This document shows positions 8,263 through 18,522 of a DNA stretch of 64,000 bases, piece by piece. The position numbers and the translations under genes are program-made. Under the pieces are notes generated by a model, which searched no databases, was not told the DNA's origin, and saw only the letters and a list, made by a program, of their open reading frames with translations. Source of the stretch: Armatimonadota bacterium (GTDB taxonomy: Bacteria > Armatimonadota > SYMT01); assembly GCA_041690135.1 (NCBI GenBank), contig JAWLHY010000015.1, positions 1-64,000 of the forward strand, written 5' to 3'. How positions within the stretch are numbered: the stretch's first letter is position 1; each line of letters starts with the position of its first letter.

Positions 8263-10245
8263 TCAAGGGTTCCTGGCCACCTGTTCGGCGCGGCTCTGGC
8301 CGCTCTGGAGGAACGAGATGAACTTCGACACGTTATCCGTGTAGGAGGACTGGCCGATCTCTTTCTCGTCCGGAGATAGGATCACGTAGAGCGGGAGCGT
8401 CGTCTGGTTGAACCGCTTGAGCTGCATGTCGGCATACCGCTGCGACTGGGGATCCTCTTTGTCGGTGTAGAGGCGCACGGTAACGAACTTCTTCAGCTCT
8501 TCCGCGACCTCGGGCCGCGGGAAAACCGTGTCTTCCATCACCCGGCAGTTCGTACAGGTCACCCCGGTGAAGTCCAGGAAGAGCGGTTTGTTCTCCGCGC
8601 GGGCCTGCTTCACGGCGGCGTCGTAGTCTTCCAGCCAGACGATCCCGCCTTCCGCCACCGTTTCCAACTGACCGGGATAAACGCGCGGCGGAAGGAAGCC
8701 GTTCACCTGCCCGAGTGACCGACCGTTGATCGCCAGCAGGCAAAAAACGGCGGCCCCAAACGTCGCCGCGCCGAAGACCCGACGGAACGGGCCTACCTGC
8801 GCGCCGTCGCCGTGCGGCAGGCGGAGCCAGCCCATCAGGTAAGCCCCGCCGATAGCGAAGATGGCGAACCAGAGAGCCAGGAAGACGGGGCGGGTGATGA
8901 AGCCCCACTCCCATACGAGGTCGGCGTTGGACAGAAACTTCAGGGCCGCCGCCAGTTCCAGGAAACCCATGTAGCCCTTCACCGTCACCAGCCAGGAACC
9001 GGCCTTGGGAAGCTTAGCCAACCAGCCAGGGAAAAGCGCCAGCAGGAAGAAGGGCGAGGCGAAGGCGGTACTAAAGGCGATCATACCGAGCGTCGGCCAG
9101 AGGATATCGCCCTGGGTGGCCGCCGCCAGCAGCGCGCCGACAAAAGCAAAGGTACAGGTGAAAGAGGTGAGCGTGAAGGTCAGTCCCATCAGCATGGGGC
9201 CGATGAAACCGCCCTTTTGTGTCCCCGACTGGGTGCGCTCCACCATCCACGCCGGCGGGATGATCTCGAACGCGCCGAACAGGTTGAAAGCCAGCACGAT
9301 AAAGAGGACCGCCAGGCCCAGGTTCATCCAGGGGCTCGTGGCCAGGTTGGAGATGGCCTTGGGCGAGAAGACCACCGAAAGGATCAACCCTAGCGCAGTG
9401 AAGGTCCCCACGATCCCCAGACAGTACGCCAGCGCCCCTTTAAGTCCGCTCCCCGGGTTCGTTTCCTGCTGTTTGGTGAAGTAGCTGACCGTAATCGGCA
9501 CCATCGGAAAGACACACGGGGTCAGGAGCGCGAGAAAGCCCATGCTGAGGGCCAAGCCGAGGAAAGCGAGAAGGCCCTGCTGTTTCGACCGGGCGATGGT
9601 TGCCGTGATATCGTCGCCGGATGCCGCTTGCGCACCCGCGGTCGCAGCCACCGGCGCCCCCGGCTCGGACGCTGTCGTTCCCCCTTCGCCAGAGGGAGGC
9701 TCATAACCCTCGGGCTGGGTCACCGCGGCGGTGAGCGCCTCCAGATGGTCGGGACGGGCTGTGCCGGCCGCGACCGTGAACTCGATCGGGACCTCCTTGG
9801 TGGTGGGTCGCAGGCAGGCCCCATCCTTACAGACCTGGTAGCGGATCTCGAGGGCCGCCTGCTGCGCACCGGAGAGGCCCTCATTGACCTTAACGGGAAT
9901 GGAGAAAGCTACCGCATGGGCGAAGTACTCGACTTCGATGTTGAAGCCCTTGTCGAGCTCCGTATGCGGAGCCGGCTGCACCGGATCTCCCACGGCGGTG
10001 AGGGGGCCACCTTCCACCACCGAAAGCCGGGTCGGACGGGGTCCGGGACCGGACCGCTCCGTGAGTGAATAGAGATGCCAGCCATCGTCGATCCGGACTT
10101 CCACCACGGCCTGCGCCATCTCTCCGGCCCGCACGTCCGCCGGCTCCAGGCGACCCGAGAGGGTAACCGGATCATCCAGGGCCCACGCAGGTACCGCCAC
10201 GACACAGCAGAGAAACGTCAGGACCAAAAGTCGGATCGCTCGCAT
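8263..10245 (-). CDS. dsbD: protein-disulfide reductase DsbD family
   Basis: N-terminal GWHLYS and YQVC...C; TM domain LTPCVFPMVP and FTCT; thioredoxin domain DFTGVTCTNC. Confidence 0.92.
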   Translation of the reverse strand: MRAIRLLVLTFLCCVVAVPAWALDDPVTLSGRLEPADVRAGEMAQAVVEVRIDDGWHLYSLTERSGPGPRPTRLSVVEGGPLTAVGDPVQPAPHTELDKGFNIEVEYFAHAVAFSIPVKVNEGLSGAQQAALEIRYQVCKDGACLRPTTKEVPIEFTVAAGTARPDHLEALTAAVTQPEGYEPPSGEGGTTASEPGAPVAATAGAQAASGDDITATIARSKQQGLLAFLGLALSMGFLALLTPCVFPMVPITVSYFTKQQETNPGSGLKGALAYCLGIVGTFTALGLILSVVFSPKAISNLATSPWMNLGLAVLFIVLAFNLFGAFEIIPPAWMVERTQSGTQKGGFIGPMLMGLTFTLTSFTCTFAFVGALLAAATQGDILWPTLGMIAFSTAFASPFFLLALFPGWLAKLPKAGSWLVTVKGYMGFLELAAALKFLSNADLVWEWGFITRPVFLALWFAIFAIGGAYLMGWLRLPHGDGAQVGPFRRVFGAATFGAAVFCLLAINGRSLGQVNGFLPPRVYPGQLETVAEGGIVWLEDYDAAVKQARAENKPLFLDFTGVTCTNCRVMEDTVFPRPEVAEELKKFVTVRLYTDKEDPQSQRYADMQLKRFNQTTLPLYVILSPDEKEIGQSSYTDNVSKFISFLQSGQSRAEQVARNP

Positions 10246-10680
10246 GCTTCATCCCTCACAGTGCAACGCGGCCTCCATCATCGCGTAGTGAATCCTGAGA
10301 GTCAAGCCGCAGCACTGGGTTACGCGTGTTGGAGGTCGGGACACCATGTTCTACGCATCCGGCGGAGGAAATGTCAGAGGGGCGCGGGCGGACGCGGGTT
10401 GGGGTTTTCTTGTCGAGGGTTGGAGACTGGGGCTTTGGGGGCAAGGGGCGGGGGGCCTGGGAGGGATGTGTTAACGCTACTCGGTGCAATCTGGAGTGCG
10501 GGTTCTCCGCGCTGTATTGATCACTTCGTACTGGTCGTGGGCTCCCCCTCTCTGTGTCGGCGGGCACCCTCTGGGTGGGGCCGGGGGGTGAGGTTACTGC
10601 CGGTGACCGGACCCGCCAAAGGTAACGCACATTTTCGGCCGACAGAGGGATGAACGTTCGGCCATCCATTTCCTGGCGGT

Positions 10681-10703
10681 GGGCTGCCCCCCTGGGGCAG
10701 CCC
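10681..10703. terminator. GC hairpin downstream of STAS gene
   Basis: GGGCTGCCCC-CCT-GGGGCAGCCC; no strong U-tail. Confidence 0.5.
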
Positions 10704-10720
10704 GGCTTTGTCGCGGCGCA

Positions 10721-11152
10721 TCACTCCCGGGCAGCCGTTGCGGTCTTACGGGCAGGGGTGCGGCCGGTCGCGCGGGATTTGGAATTGCCATTGGTCGCCG
10801 GTGCGGCACTCGTCTCCGGGGACATTTCCGGAGCGGGTGGCGGCGGAAACAACGAGGTTAATCCGCACGTTTCGATGATCTTCCGCACGGGGGTGGCGGG
10901 GTTCAGCAGATAGATCTTGCCGCCGAGCTCCCGCGCCGACTTGGCGGCCCCGATGAGGGTTCCCACGCCCTTGCTGTCGATGAAGTCGAGCCGGCTGGTA
11001 TCGATCACCACCGAGGCGCCGTGCTCCAGGATGAAACGCTGAATGGCCGCGGAGGCCTGGGGAGCGGTGGCGACATCAAGGGTACCCTCGAGCGCCAGCA
11101 CCGTCGAACGCCCCTCGGGGCGCGTGTAACAGGACAAGGTGGCTTCAGTCAT
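10721..11152 (-). CDS. anti-sigma factor antagonist (STAS, RsbV/SpoIIAA-like)
   Basis: LEGTLDVATAP, VVID...LDFIDSKG with phospho-acceptor Ser; disordered basic tail. Confidence 0.9.
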   Translation of the reverse strand: MTEATLSCYTRPEGRSTVLALEGTLDVATAPQASAAIQRFILEHGASVVIDTSRLDFIDSKGVGTLIGAAKSARELGGKIYLLNPATPVRKIIETCGLTSLFPPPPAPEMSPETSAAPATNGNSKSRATGRTPARKTATAARE

Positions 11153-11333
11153 GGGAGAATAGTCGCTGCATTGGCCGGAGCCCGAACTTGCGAGTGCTGT
11201 GTCCAAAACCGTGGAAACTAGAGAGCACGACGGCAAGGGGAGGGCGGGGAAATTGCGTGTCCGGATGGCTTTACCCAGCCCCGGATGGCGGTAAACCTTC
11301 ACAGTGCCAATGTTAGCGATTTGGAGTAGAGCG

Positions 11334-13316
11334 ATGCCCCCACAGCCAAAGGATTTCCAGGTATTTCCCGACGGTCCCCACTTGCGACTGGCCGGCTACT
11401 TCGAGCGGATGTCGGAACCCCGGCCCGCCCGCGCGCAGAGCAAGGCCGAATGGATCCAGAAGCGCGGGCCCATCCGGGAACAAACGCTGCGGGCATTGGG
11501 CCTTGATCCGATGCCGGACCGTCTGCCCCTGGATATTCGGACCGGCGGAGTGCTCGAACGGGACGGTTATCGCGTCGAACGAATCTACTGGCAAACCTGG
11601 CCGCGGGTGTGGGCGAGTGGCTGGCTTTACCTGCCGAACGCTATCGAAGGGCGCGCGCCGGCGGTGCTGAACCCGCATGGTCCCTGGGAGAACGGGGCCT
11701 GCCACCCGATCGTCCAGGCCCGGCTCATCAGCCTGGCTAAGCTCGGCTACCTCGCCCTGGCGGTCGACGCCTGTCGCCTGTGCGACTACGCGGTGGGCCT
11801 GACGCCGCTCTCCGTAATGACCTTCAATAATCTGCGTGCCCTGGACCTGCTGGCGGCCCGGAACGACGTGGACCGGAACCGGATCGGCATTGCGGGAGCT
11901 TCCGGCGGCGCGCAGCAGGCGATGTACTTGCTGGCCGTGGACGACCGCCTGCATGCCGGCGTCCTGGCGGCGATGGTCTCCTACTTCAAACGCATTCCGA
12001 CTGTGGAAGACCACCCCTGCCCCTGCAACCCCGTGCCGGGAGTGATGCGCTTTACCGACGAGCCGGCGCTGTGCGCGGTCGCGAGCCCGAGAGCACTGAT
12101 GTTCCTCAGTACCACGGACGACTGGACCGCTCCGTTTCCGGATCACGAACTCCGGGAACTGCGCGCAATCTATCACCTCTGGCAGCAGCCGGACCGCCTG
12201 GCGCACCGGCAATTCCAGGGCCCCCACGAATACAGCCGGGACATGCGGGAGGCGACCTACACCTGGTTTGAGCGGGAACTGCGCGGCAACCGGAAGGCCG
12301 AACCAGTCCCCGAACCCGCGCATACCGTGGAAGACCTGGAAACACTTCGCGCCCTGGACCGCCCCCCGGAGGAAGATACCGGAGTGGACGGGATCCGATC
12401 CTGGTATCAAAAACGGATAGTGGCCCAGCCTCCGCAACTGGAAGGGAAGCCCGCCCGGCGCAATTACCAGGAGCGAGTGCGCGCGGAGCTCATCGACCTC
12501 CTCGGCCTGCCCTCCGAAGGTTGCTCCCTGGAAACCCAATGGCAGTCCGGCGTACCTCCCCGGACAACCGCAATCGTCGACGTTCCCCAGGCCCAAGGCC
12601 CGTTACCCAATGCCTACCTCCTCAGCTTTCGCTCCGAGGCGGATGTGCGGGTTCCGGCGGTGTGGGCGCCCGGGTCGGGTGATGGGCCCTGGCCCGTGCT
12701 GATCGCCGTCCATCCGGAGGGGAAGGCGGCCGCGATGGGCTCTGCCCCGGTACGGGAGTTCCGGGAGGCGGGTTACGCGGTGCTGGCTCCCGATGTACGG
12801 CTCCGTGGCGAACTGCAGCGCGACTGGTTTCACAACACCGTCCTCTGGGGCCGACCCGAGGCGGGGATGGCGGTCACCGATCTTCAGGCCTGCATCGAGT
12901 GGCTGCTGGGAGAAGAGCAGGTCGACGCTCGCGGCCTGGTGCTCTGGGGAGAGGGAGACCTGGGCGTGGTGGCGCTGCTCGCGGCAGGTCTGGACGAGCG
13001 GATCACGGCTACCGTAGCCGACTGCGGCGATACCACCTACCGGGATGGCGGCGAAGGGCTGCCCGTTATTCCGAACCTCCTGCGCACGGGAGATGTTCCG
13101 CAGATCGCCTCATTGATCGCCCCCCGGCCGCTCTGGCTCTATCGAGTACCCGGGGAACGGGTCGGCTTCTCCAGCCGGCGGTATTACGACTGGACCCGGC
13201 GCAGCTTCCAATCGCTTGGGGAGGTGGAGGCGCTGAAGATGAGCACGGGTGGATTACCGGAGCCGGCGGCGGTTCGGGAATGGCTGCGAACTCGGCTGAA
13301 GCGGGCGAAGAGGTAA
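11334..13316 (+). CDS. two-module alpha/beta hydrolase (acetyl xylan esterase/dienelactone hydrolase-like)
   Basis: PAVLNPHG, RIGIAGASGG nucleophile elbow, GPHEY; second module PDVRLRGE...IAPRPL. Confidence 0.85.
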   Translation: MPPQPKDFQVFPDGPHLRLAGYFERMSEPRPARAQSKAEWIQKRGPIREQTLRALGLDPMPDRLPLDIRTGGVLERDGYRVERIYWQTWPRVWASGWLYLPNAIEGRAPAVLNPHGPWENGACHPIVQARLISLAKLGYLALAVDACRLCDYAVGLTPLSVMTFNNLRALDLLAARNDVDRNRIGIAGASGGAQQAMYLLAVDDRLHAGVLAAMVSYFKRIPTVEDHPCPCNPVPGVMRFTDEPALCAVASPRALMFLSTTDDWTAPFPDHELRELRAIYHLWQQPDRLAHRQFQGPHEYSRDMREATYTWFERELRGNRKAEPVPEPAHTVEDLETLRALDRPPEEDTGVDGIRSWYQKRIVAQPPQLEGKPARRNYQERVRAELIDLLGLPSEGCSLETQWQSGVPPRTTAIVDVPQAQGPLPNAYLLSFRSEADVRVPAVWAPGSGDGPWPVLIAVHPEGKAAAMGSAPVREFREAGYAVLAPDVRLRGELQRDWFHNTVLWGRPEAGMAVTDLQACIEWLLGEEQVDARGLVLWGEGDLGVVALLAAGLDERITATVADCGDTTYRDGGEGLPVIPNLLRTGDVPQIASLIAPRPLWLYRVPGERVGFSSRRYYDWTRRSFQSLGEVEALKMSTGGLPEPAAVREWLRTRLKRAKR

Positions 13317-13327
13317 CAACCTGCTAG

Positions 13328-13963
13328 CTAATGGCGGGTTCCACGGATCGTCAGGTTATCTTCCGTGATCTCCAGACTTTCGATGTGGCCTTTGAACCGC
13401 TTTTCCAGGAGCCGGAATTGGGCGGCGAGCTGGGTGTCCAGTTCCTTCCGCAGCCGCTCCGGGGCGGGAAAGTCACCAATCCGCACCGATTCCGTCTCGT
13501 AAGCGATTCCGCCATTCTCCGCCCAGGCGCGAAGCGTGGCGGAGGCGCGGGCCTGGGTCTCCCCCCACAAGGGCACGCGTGCCCGCACCACGAAGCGTTC
13601 CGGCTGGAACTCCATACGGAGACTACCGACCTCGCTCTGGGCCAGGCTCTTGCGAACTTCCGGCAGGGAACGGAGCAACTGGTTCGCCTCCTCCTCGGTG
13701 ATGCTGACCTGAAACGCCTCGGGTTCCGCGCGGGGGAGATCCGCCGGCGGCTGGCGGTATTCCTCCACAATTCGCTCGGCAGTCCGCTCCGCCTGCCGGG
13801 TTTCCGCGGGGGTCGGAGCAGCTTCGGCAACCACCGCCGGCCCACCCGTCCCCACCGGCTCCGGCCGCGTGATGTTGAAGTAGAGGACCGCCACCGCTGC
13901 CGCCACCACGCCGAACAGCACCAGCAAGATCGTTACGATTGTGAAGAAGATGCGGCGGCACAC
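13328..13963 (-). CDS. hypothetical membrane-anchored protein
   Basis: N-terminal TM helix; ITEEEAN and beta-rich C-terminus reminiscent of DUF2993/YpmS-like proteins. Confidence 0.7.
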   Translation of the reverse strand: MCRRIFFTIVTILLVLFGVVAAAVAVLYFNITRPEPVGTGGPAVVAEAAPTPAETRQAERTAERIVEEYRQPPADLPRAEPEAFQVSITEEEANQLLRSLPEVRKSLAQSEVGSLRMEFQPERFVVRARVPLWGETQARASATLRAWAENGGIAYETESVRIGDFPAPERLRKELDTQLAAQFRLLEKRFKGHIESLEITEDNLTIRGTRH

Positions 13964-14151
13964 GATGCATTAACTCTCCGGACTTGCCCACTTCGTCTTT
14001 CAGCCGTGGCCTCCCCGGTGCGATATCTCTAACCGGGCGCGGAACCCGCCACGAGTCCAGGCGTCGCCGGGAGGGAGACCTCTTTCATCCTAACGGCATG
14101 AAGCCGGAATGGCCCAAACCCCGCCGGAATCGATGGTGACTTTCAAGAGGA

Positions 14152-15633
14152 GTGCTGATGAGTTTACGGGTGGCACGTTTGCTGGTTGTTCTGGGACTGA
14201 TGGCGGGACTGGTGCTGGCGCACACTTCACTGCCGGCGAAAGCGCAGGATCACACGCCAACTCCAGGCATTACCGCTCCCGCCGACCCCCATGCGCCCGC
14301 TTCGGCCACCCCGCATCCCACCGCACCGGCCGCCACGAATGTCGCGGGTCACGGTGAGGGCGAAGGGCACTCCGATCACGCGGGCGCGCTGAACGAGCTC
14401 CTCGTGGGGCTGATCATCATCCTGATTGGCGCCAAGCTGGGCGGCGAAATCTTCGAACGTCTCGGTCAGCCGGCCGTGCTGGGAGAGATCCTGGTCGGCA
14501 TCGTACTCGGGAACCTCACCCTGGTGGGCATCGGCGGGCTGGATTATCTCCGGACCAACGAGCCCATCATCGCCCTGAGTGAGCTGGGGGTGATCTTACT
14601 TCTCTTTGAGGTGGGCCTGGAAAGCAATGTCCACGAGATGCGGCGGGTCGGCTTCTCCGCCCTGGTAGTTGCGATCCTGGGGGTGGTGACCCCATTCCTG
14701 CTCGGATGGGGGGTGGGACGCTTCTTTCTCCCGACCGAACCGTGGCAGGTCCACGTGTTCATCGGAGCGACCCTCTGCGCGACCAGCGTCGGCATCACGG
14801 CCCGGGTGCTCAAGGACCTGGGACAGCTCCAGCGGCCCGAGTCGAAGATCGTGCTCGGCGCCGCGGTCATCGACGACGTCATGGGTCTCGTCATCCTCGC
14901 GGTGGTCGGCGGCCTCATCCAGGCCTCAATGGGCGGCGCGCCCCTGGGCGTCCTCGGCATCGGGGCGATCATCGGCAAGGCCCTCGGGTTCCTGGTGGGA
15001 GCCATTGCGATCGGCACCTACCTCTCGCCGAAGCTGTTCCGGCTGGCCAGCTTCCTTACGGTCCAGCATATGCTGCTGGTCACCAGCCTCGGCTTCTGCT
15101 TCCTGCTGGCTCGCCTGGCGGCGGAGATCGGTCTGGCGCCAATCGTCGGCGCGTTCGCCGCCGGCCTCATTCTCGATCCGGTGCACTACAAGGACTTCGC
15201 CGACAAAGGCGAGCACAGCATCGAGGAGCTCATCCACCCGATCAGCGGCTTCCTGGTTCCTGTCTTCTTCGTGGTCACCGGGATGAAGGTGGACCTGGGA
15301 CAACTCGGCGACGTGAGCGTGCTGGGATTCGCGGCGGCGCTCACGGTGGTGGCCATCCTGGGTAAGCAGGTCTGTTCCCTGGGGGTGATGGAGCGCGGGC
15401 TCAACAAGGTGGCGGTCGGAGTGGGGATGATCCCGCGCGGCGAGGTGGGACTCATCTTCGCCAACATCGGGCTGGGCCTCCAGATCCTCGGACCCAACGG
15501 CGCTCCGGAGCCGGTGGTGTCGCCTTCAACCTTCAGCGCCGTCGTGATCATGGTGATGGTGACCACGCTCGTAACGCCGCCGCTGCTGAAGATCCTGTTT
15601 ACCGGCAGCAAGCCGGCCACCGCCACTGCATAG
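14152..15633 (+). CDS. cation:proton antiporter (CPA2, NapA/GerN-like)
   Basis: QPAVLGE, LLFEVGLE, ATSVGIT, AAVIDD, GAFAAG, GMIPRGEVG. Confidence 0.94.
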   Translation: MLMSLRVARLLVVLGLMAGLVLAHTSLPAKAQDHTPTPGITAPADPHAPASATPHPTAPAATNVAGHGEGEGHSDHAGALNELLVGLIIILIGAKLGGEIFERLGQPAVLGEILVGIVLGNLTLVGIGGLDYLRTNEPIIALSELGVILLLFEVGLESNVHEMRRVGFSALVVAILGVVTPFLLGWGVGRFFLPTEPWQVHVFIGATLCATSVGITARVLKDLGQLQRPESKIVLGAAVIDDVMGLVILAVVGGLIQASMGGAPLGVLGIGAIIGKALGFLVGAIAIGTYLSPKLFRLASFLTVQHMLLVTSLGFCFLLARLAAEIGLAPIVGAFAAGLILDPVHYKDFADKGEHSIEELIHPISGFLVPVFFVVTGMKVDLGQLGDVSVLGFAAALTVVAILGKQVCSLGVMERGLNKVAVGVGMIPRGEVGLIFANIGLGLQILGPNGAPEPVVSPSTFSAVVIMVMVTTLVTPPLLKILFTGSKPATATA

Positions 15634-15741
15634 GGTGGGGGTGGGGGAGGGACTAGTCCTGCCTCTGCCCAATCAATATCCGTCAGGGTGCCGGAATGGC
15701 CCGGCGCCCTTTCGGTATTGGTTTAGAGACGACAGAATTGA

Positions 15742-17028
15742 ATGGGTAAACCCACGAAAGCCAAGAAGGCCGTGCCCGTCTCCCGACCGGGCGGGCCGCT
15801 CACCCCGGCTTATTCCCCCCAGGCCCAAGAGATGCGGGCGCTGCTGCGACGCATCCCCGACGGGTTCCAGGCGACGTTGAACGCGTTGGCCACGAAACCC
15901 GGTTCCGATCGGGAGGCGGTCCTCACGGAGTTGATCCGGGGAATGGGCAAGGAGATTCTGCCCCTGGTGCGCGCCGCCGCGCTGGGGACGCATGAGGAAC
16001 TCGCACTTTCGGCCCTGCGCGTGCTGCCGGTCTTCGGCACCCGTGCGGCGGCGGATGTGCTCTGCGAGGCGTATGAGACGCACTGCACCGGAGAACGGGC
16101 GAACCTCTGCCGGACAGGCGCACGAGCCCTGGAGGCGCGAGGCGTACACGTCGCCATTCCGGAAGCGCTTGAGCAGCCCGAGGAGGCGATCCAACTGGTC
16201 CTGCGGGAGACCTCGGTCAGCGCTCCCGATGGAGTGGGCTCGCGCTCCGTGGCGGCACGCCTTCAAGACGCCTACGGGGTGTGGCACGCGATCTTTGTGC
16301 TCTGGAACGACCAGGCCGGCGTCAAAGACGGCTTTATGCGGCCCATGAGCCGCCACGAGTGGCACGAGCGCGTGGAGCGCCTGGCCCACCGCGGGGACTC
16401 GCCGGTTGCCTGTCCCCCGGACTACGCCCGGTGGTTGGTCGCCGAAGCCCGAGCCATCAACACACGTACCGGGCTGCCCCTCGAGCAGCACCTGGAAGAC
16501 TGGGACCGCTGGGTTGGAGCGCCCCCCGCCGGATATGCCCCGCCCGACCCGCTACGGTGGGTGCGCGAGGCGAACGAGGAACAGGTACTGGAATGGATGG
16601 AGCGCTCCCAGGACCTGTTTGCGATCCCCGACGTGGCGCGCTGGTTCCTGGAAGCGGCCGATTGCGTCGGCTGGGCGCGCCGCTGGAGTAGTGTCCGCAC
16701 ACGCGCAGCCCGCACAGCCCAGGGGGAAGAAAAGTCCGCGGAGTTGACCGCTTTCCTTAAGGATGCCTGCGAGGAACTGGTCACCGACGAGATTCGCGAC
16801 CTGTACCGCGGTCGGCTGCTGGAGCTGAGCCGGGTTCTGGAGTTACGTCACCAGGACGACCCTGCCCGTCACGCGGCCGCGGCAGCGGCCACCCTGGGCG
16901 ACCGGAAGGATCACCCCTTCCTGCTGGTGCTGGTGCACCGGTCCCTCACTGCCACGGAGGCAATTCTGGCCCGCGGCGAGGACCCCGAGCGCACCCGTTA
17001 CCGCCCGATGCGGCGCTATTCGAACTGA
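15742..17028 (+). CDS. hypothetical protein, paralog A (HEAT-like N-terminus)
   Basis: Long ORF, colinear similarity to 17115..18407. Confidence 0.85.
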   Translation: MGKPTKAKKAVPVSRPGGPLTPAYSPQAQEMRALLRRIPDGFQATLNALATKPGSDREAVLTELIRGMGKEILPLVRAAALGTHEELALSALRVLPVFGTRAAADVLCEAYETHCTGERANLCRTGARALEARGVHVAIPEALEQPEEAIQLVLRETSVSAPDGVGSRSVAARLQDAYGVWHAIFVLWNDQAGVKDGFMRPMSRHEWHERVERLAHRGDSPVACPPDYARWLVAEARAINTRTGLPLEQHLEDWDRWVGAPPAGYAPPDPLRWVREANEEQVLEWMERSQDLFAIPDVARWFLEAADCVGWARRWSSVRTRAARTAQGEEKSAELTAFLKDACEELVTDEIRDLYRGRLLELSRVLELRHQDDPARHAAAAAATLGDRKDHPFLLVLVHRSLTATEAILARGEDPERTRYRPMRRYSN

Positions 17029-17114
17029 ACGGAACGCCGGGACACGGGCAAACGAGAGCCCCAGGAGTCCGGCTCCCGACCCGGTTTCAGCTCTGAGATA
17101 TAGAAAAGACCATC

Positions 17115-18407
17115 ATGCTCAAGAAAACGAAGTCCAAGCGGCCCGGAAAGCCGGCGCAGCCGGCCGCGGGAGCCAATCTGGATCCCCAACTGATGGCGAT
17201 GACCCGCGAAGTGGGTCGTTTGCTCGATGAGAACGAGGAAGCGCCACGCGCCTTCGCGGAGATGCTCCAGTCGTTGGGAGATCAGGACCCGGAAGTGGTC
17301 CTCTCCTTTCTCACCCGTCAACTCGGCAAGAAAATGCTTCCCCTCCTGCGCGGGCTCGCGCTGGATGAAGACGAGCGCACGGCCCTGGCCGCCCTCAAGG
17401 CGCTGCCGTTGCTCGGCACGCGAGCCGCCGGTGAAGTCCTGGCGGAAGCCTACGCCGCCCATTCGGAAGGCGAGCGGGGGCGCGCCGCGTGGACCGGCGT
17501 CCAGGCCCTGCAGGCACGGGGCATCAACATCGAGGTCCCCGAACCGGAGGGGGTGCGCTCCAACACCGAGGCCTTCCAACTCCGCGAAATCTGGGAGTCG
17601 CTGCCCGACGCGGTCGGCAGCCGGCAGACCTTCGCGCGCATTCAGGACCGCTACGGCGTGTGGCAGGTGGTGGCGGTGGTCTCCAACGACCGGGCCGGCC
17701 TGAAGGATGCCTTCGTGGCGCCCCTGGGTGCGAACGAGTGGCGCAAGCGCGTGGAACAGTGGCGCGGCGCCGGCATTATGATGGACCAGATTCCGGACGT
17801 CTATGCACGCTGGCGCGTGGAGCAGATGCGCCAACTGAATGAGAAGACCGAACTCCCGGTGCCGGAGCCCGTGGCCGCCTGGGATAAGTTCGTCGGCCCC
17901 GTGTCGGAGAGTTACGAGCCACCGGATCCCACCCATCGCGTGCGCACGAAGAGCGCCGAGGAAAAAGAAGAGCTGCTGGGGCACATGGGGTGCCTGATGC
18001 ATGCTCCGGCCTTCCAGGCGTGGGCCATCGAGCCGGCGGACGTGCAGCCCTGGCGCGAGGATTGGGTCAAGATTGTGGAAGAGCAGGACCCCAGCACCGA
18101 AGAGGGCATGGAGGCCCTCCAGGCGCTGGCGGAACGGATCGTGCCGGAAGCGATTTCCGCCGAGACGATCGATCTCTACCGCGACCGCCTGCTGGACTGC
18201 GCGCGCAAGCTGGAGTGGTGGGGCCTATCGCACGAGGCCGACGTCGCCGCTTCCGTGGTGGTCGCCCTGGACGAGGGCACGCCGGCCGGAAAGATCGGCT
18301 TCTTCCAGGAGTTGGTGTTCACGGCGCTGCAGTTCCTGGAAGAGATCCTCGAAGACGGGGAGGACCCGGAACAGCTTCGCTACGATCCGCTGGCGCCGAT
18401 CGAGTAA
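17115..18407 (+). CDS. hypothetical protein, paralog B
   Basis: Shares LP..GTRAA..VL.EAY, PD.VGSR, QD.YGVW, ND.AG.KD.F, GEDPE..RY.P with the upstream gene. Confidence 0.85.
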   Translation: MLKKTKSKRPGKPAQPAAGANLDPQLMAMTREVGRLLDENEEAPRAFAEMLQSLGDQDPEVVLSFLTRQLGKKMLPLLRGLALDEDERTALAALKALPLLGTRAAGEVLAEAYAAHSEGERGRAAWTGVQALQARGINIEVPEPEGVRSNTEAFQLREIWESLPDAVGSRQTFARIQDRYGVWQVVAVVSNDRAGLKDAFVAPLGANEWRKRVEQWRGAGIMMDQIPDVYARWRVEQMRQLNEKTELPVPEPVAAWDKFVGPVSESYEPPDPTHRVRTKSAEEKEELLGHMGCLMHAPAFQAWAIEPADVQPWREDWVKIVEEQDPSTEEGMEALQALAERIVPEAISAETIDLYRDRLLDCARKLEWWGLSHEADVAASVVVALDEGTPAGKIGFFQELVFTALQFLEEILEDGEDPEQLRYDPLAPIE

Positions 18408-18415
18408 TTGTGAGC

Positions 18416-18469
18416 AAAAGAAGGGGAGCCGGTCCGGATACTCATCCAGACCGGCTCCCCTTTTTATTT
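18416..18469. terminator. bidirectional intrinsic terminator
   Basis: A-run + GGGGAGCCGGTC...GACCGGCTCCCC + T-run between convergent genes. Confidence 0.88.
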
Positions 18470-18522
18470 CTCCCGGTCGCCGGACGCACAACGTGCCCGG
18501 AACGGGGGAATGGTGGCGACGC

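Noticed and set aside
10256-10669. 137-aa minus-strand ORF between STAS and dsbD
   Set aside because: Low-complexity, no motifs, overlaps the probable dsbD promoter region.
13990-14150. Na+/Li+ or fluoride riboswitch before the antiporter
   Set aside because: Context is suggestive but no consensus could be matched; needs an Rfam search.
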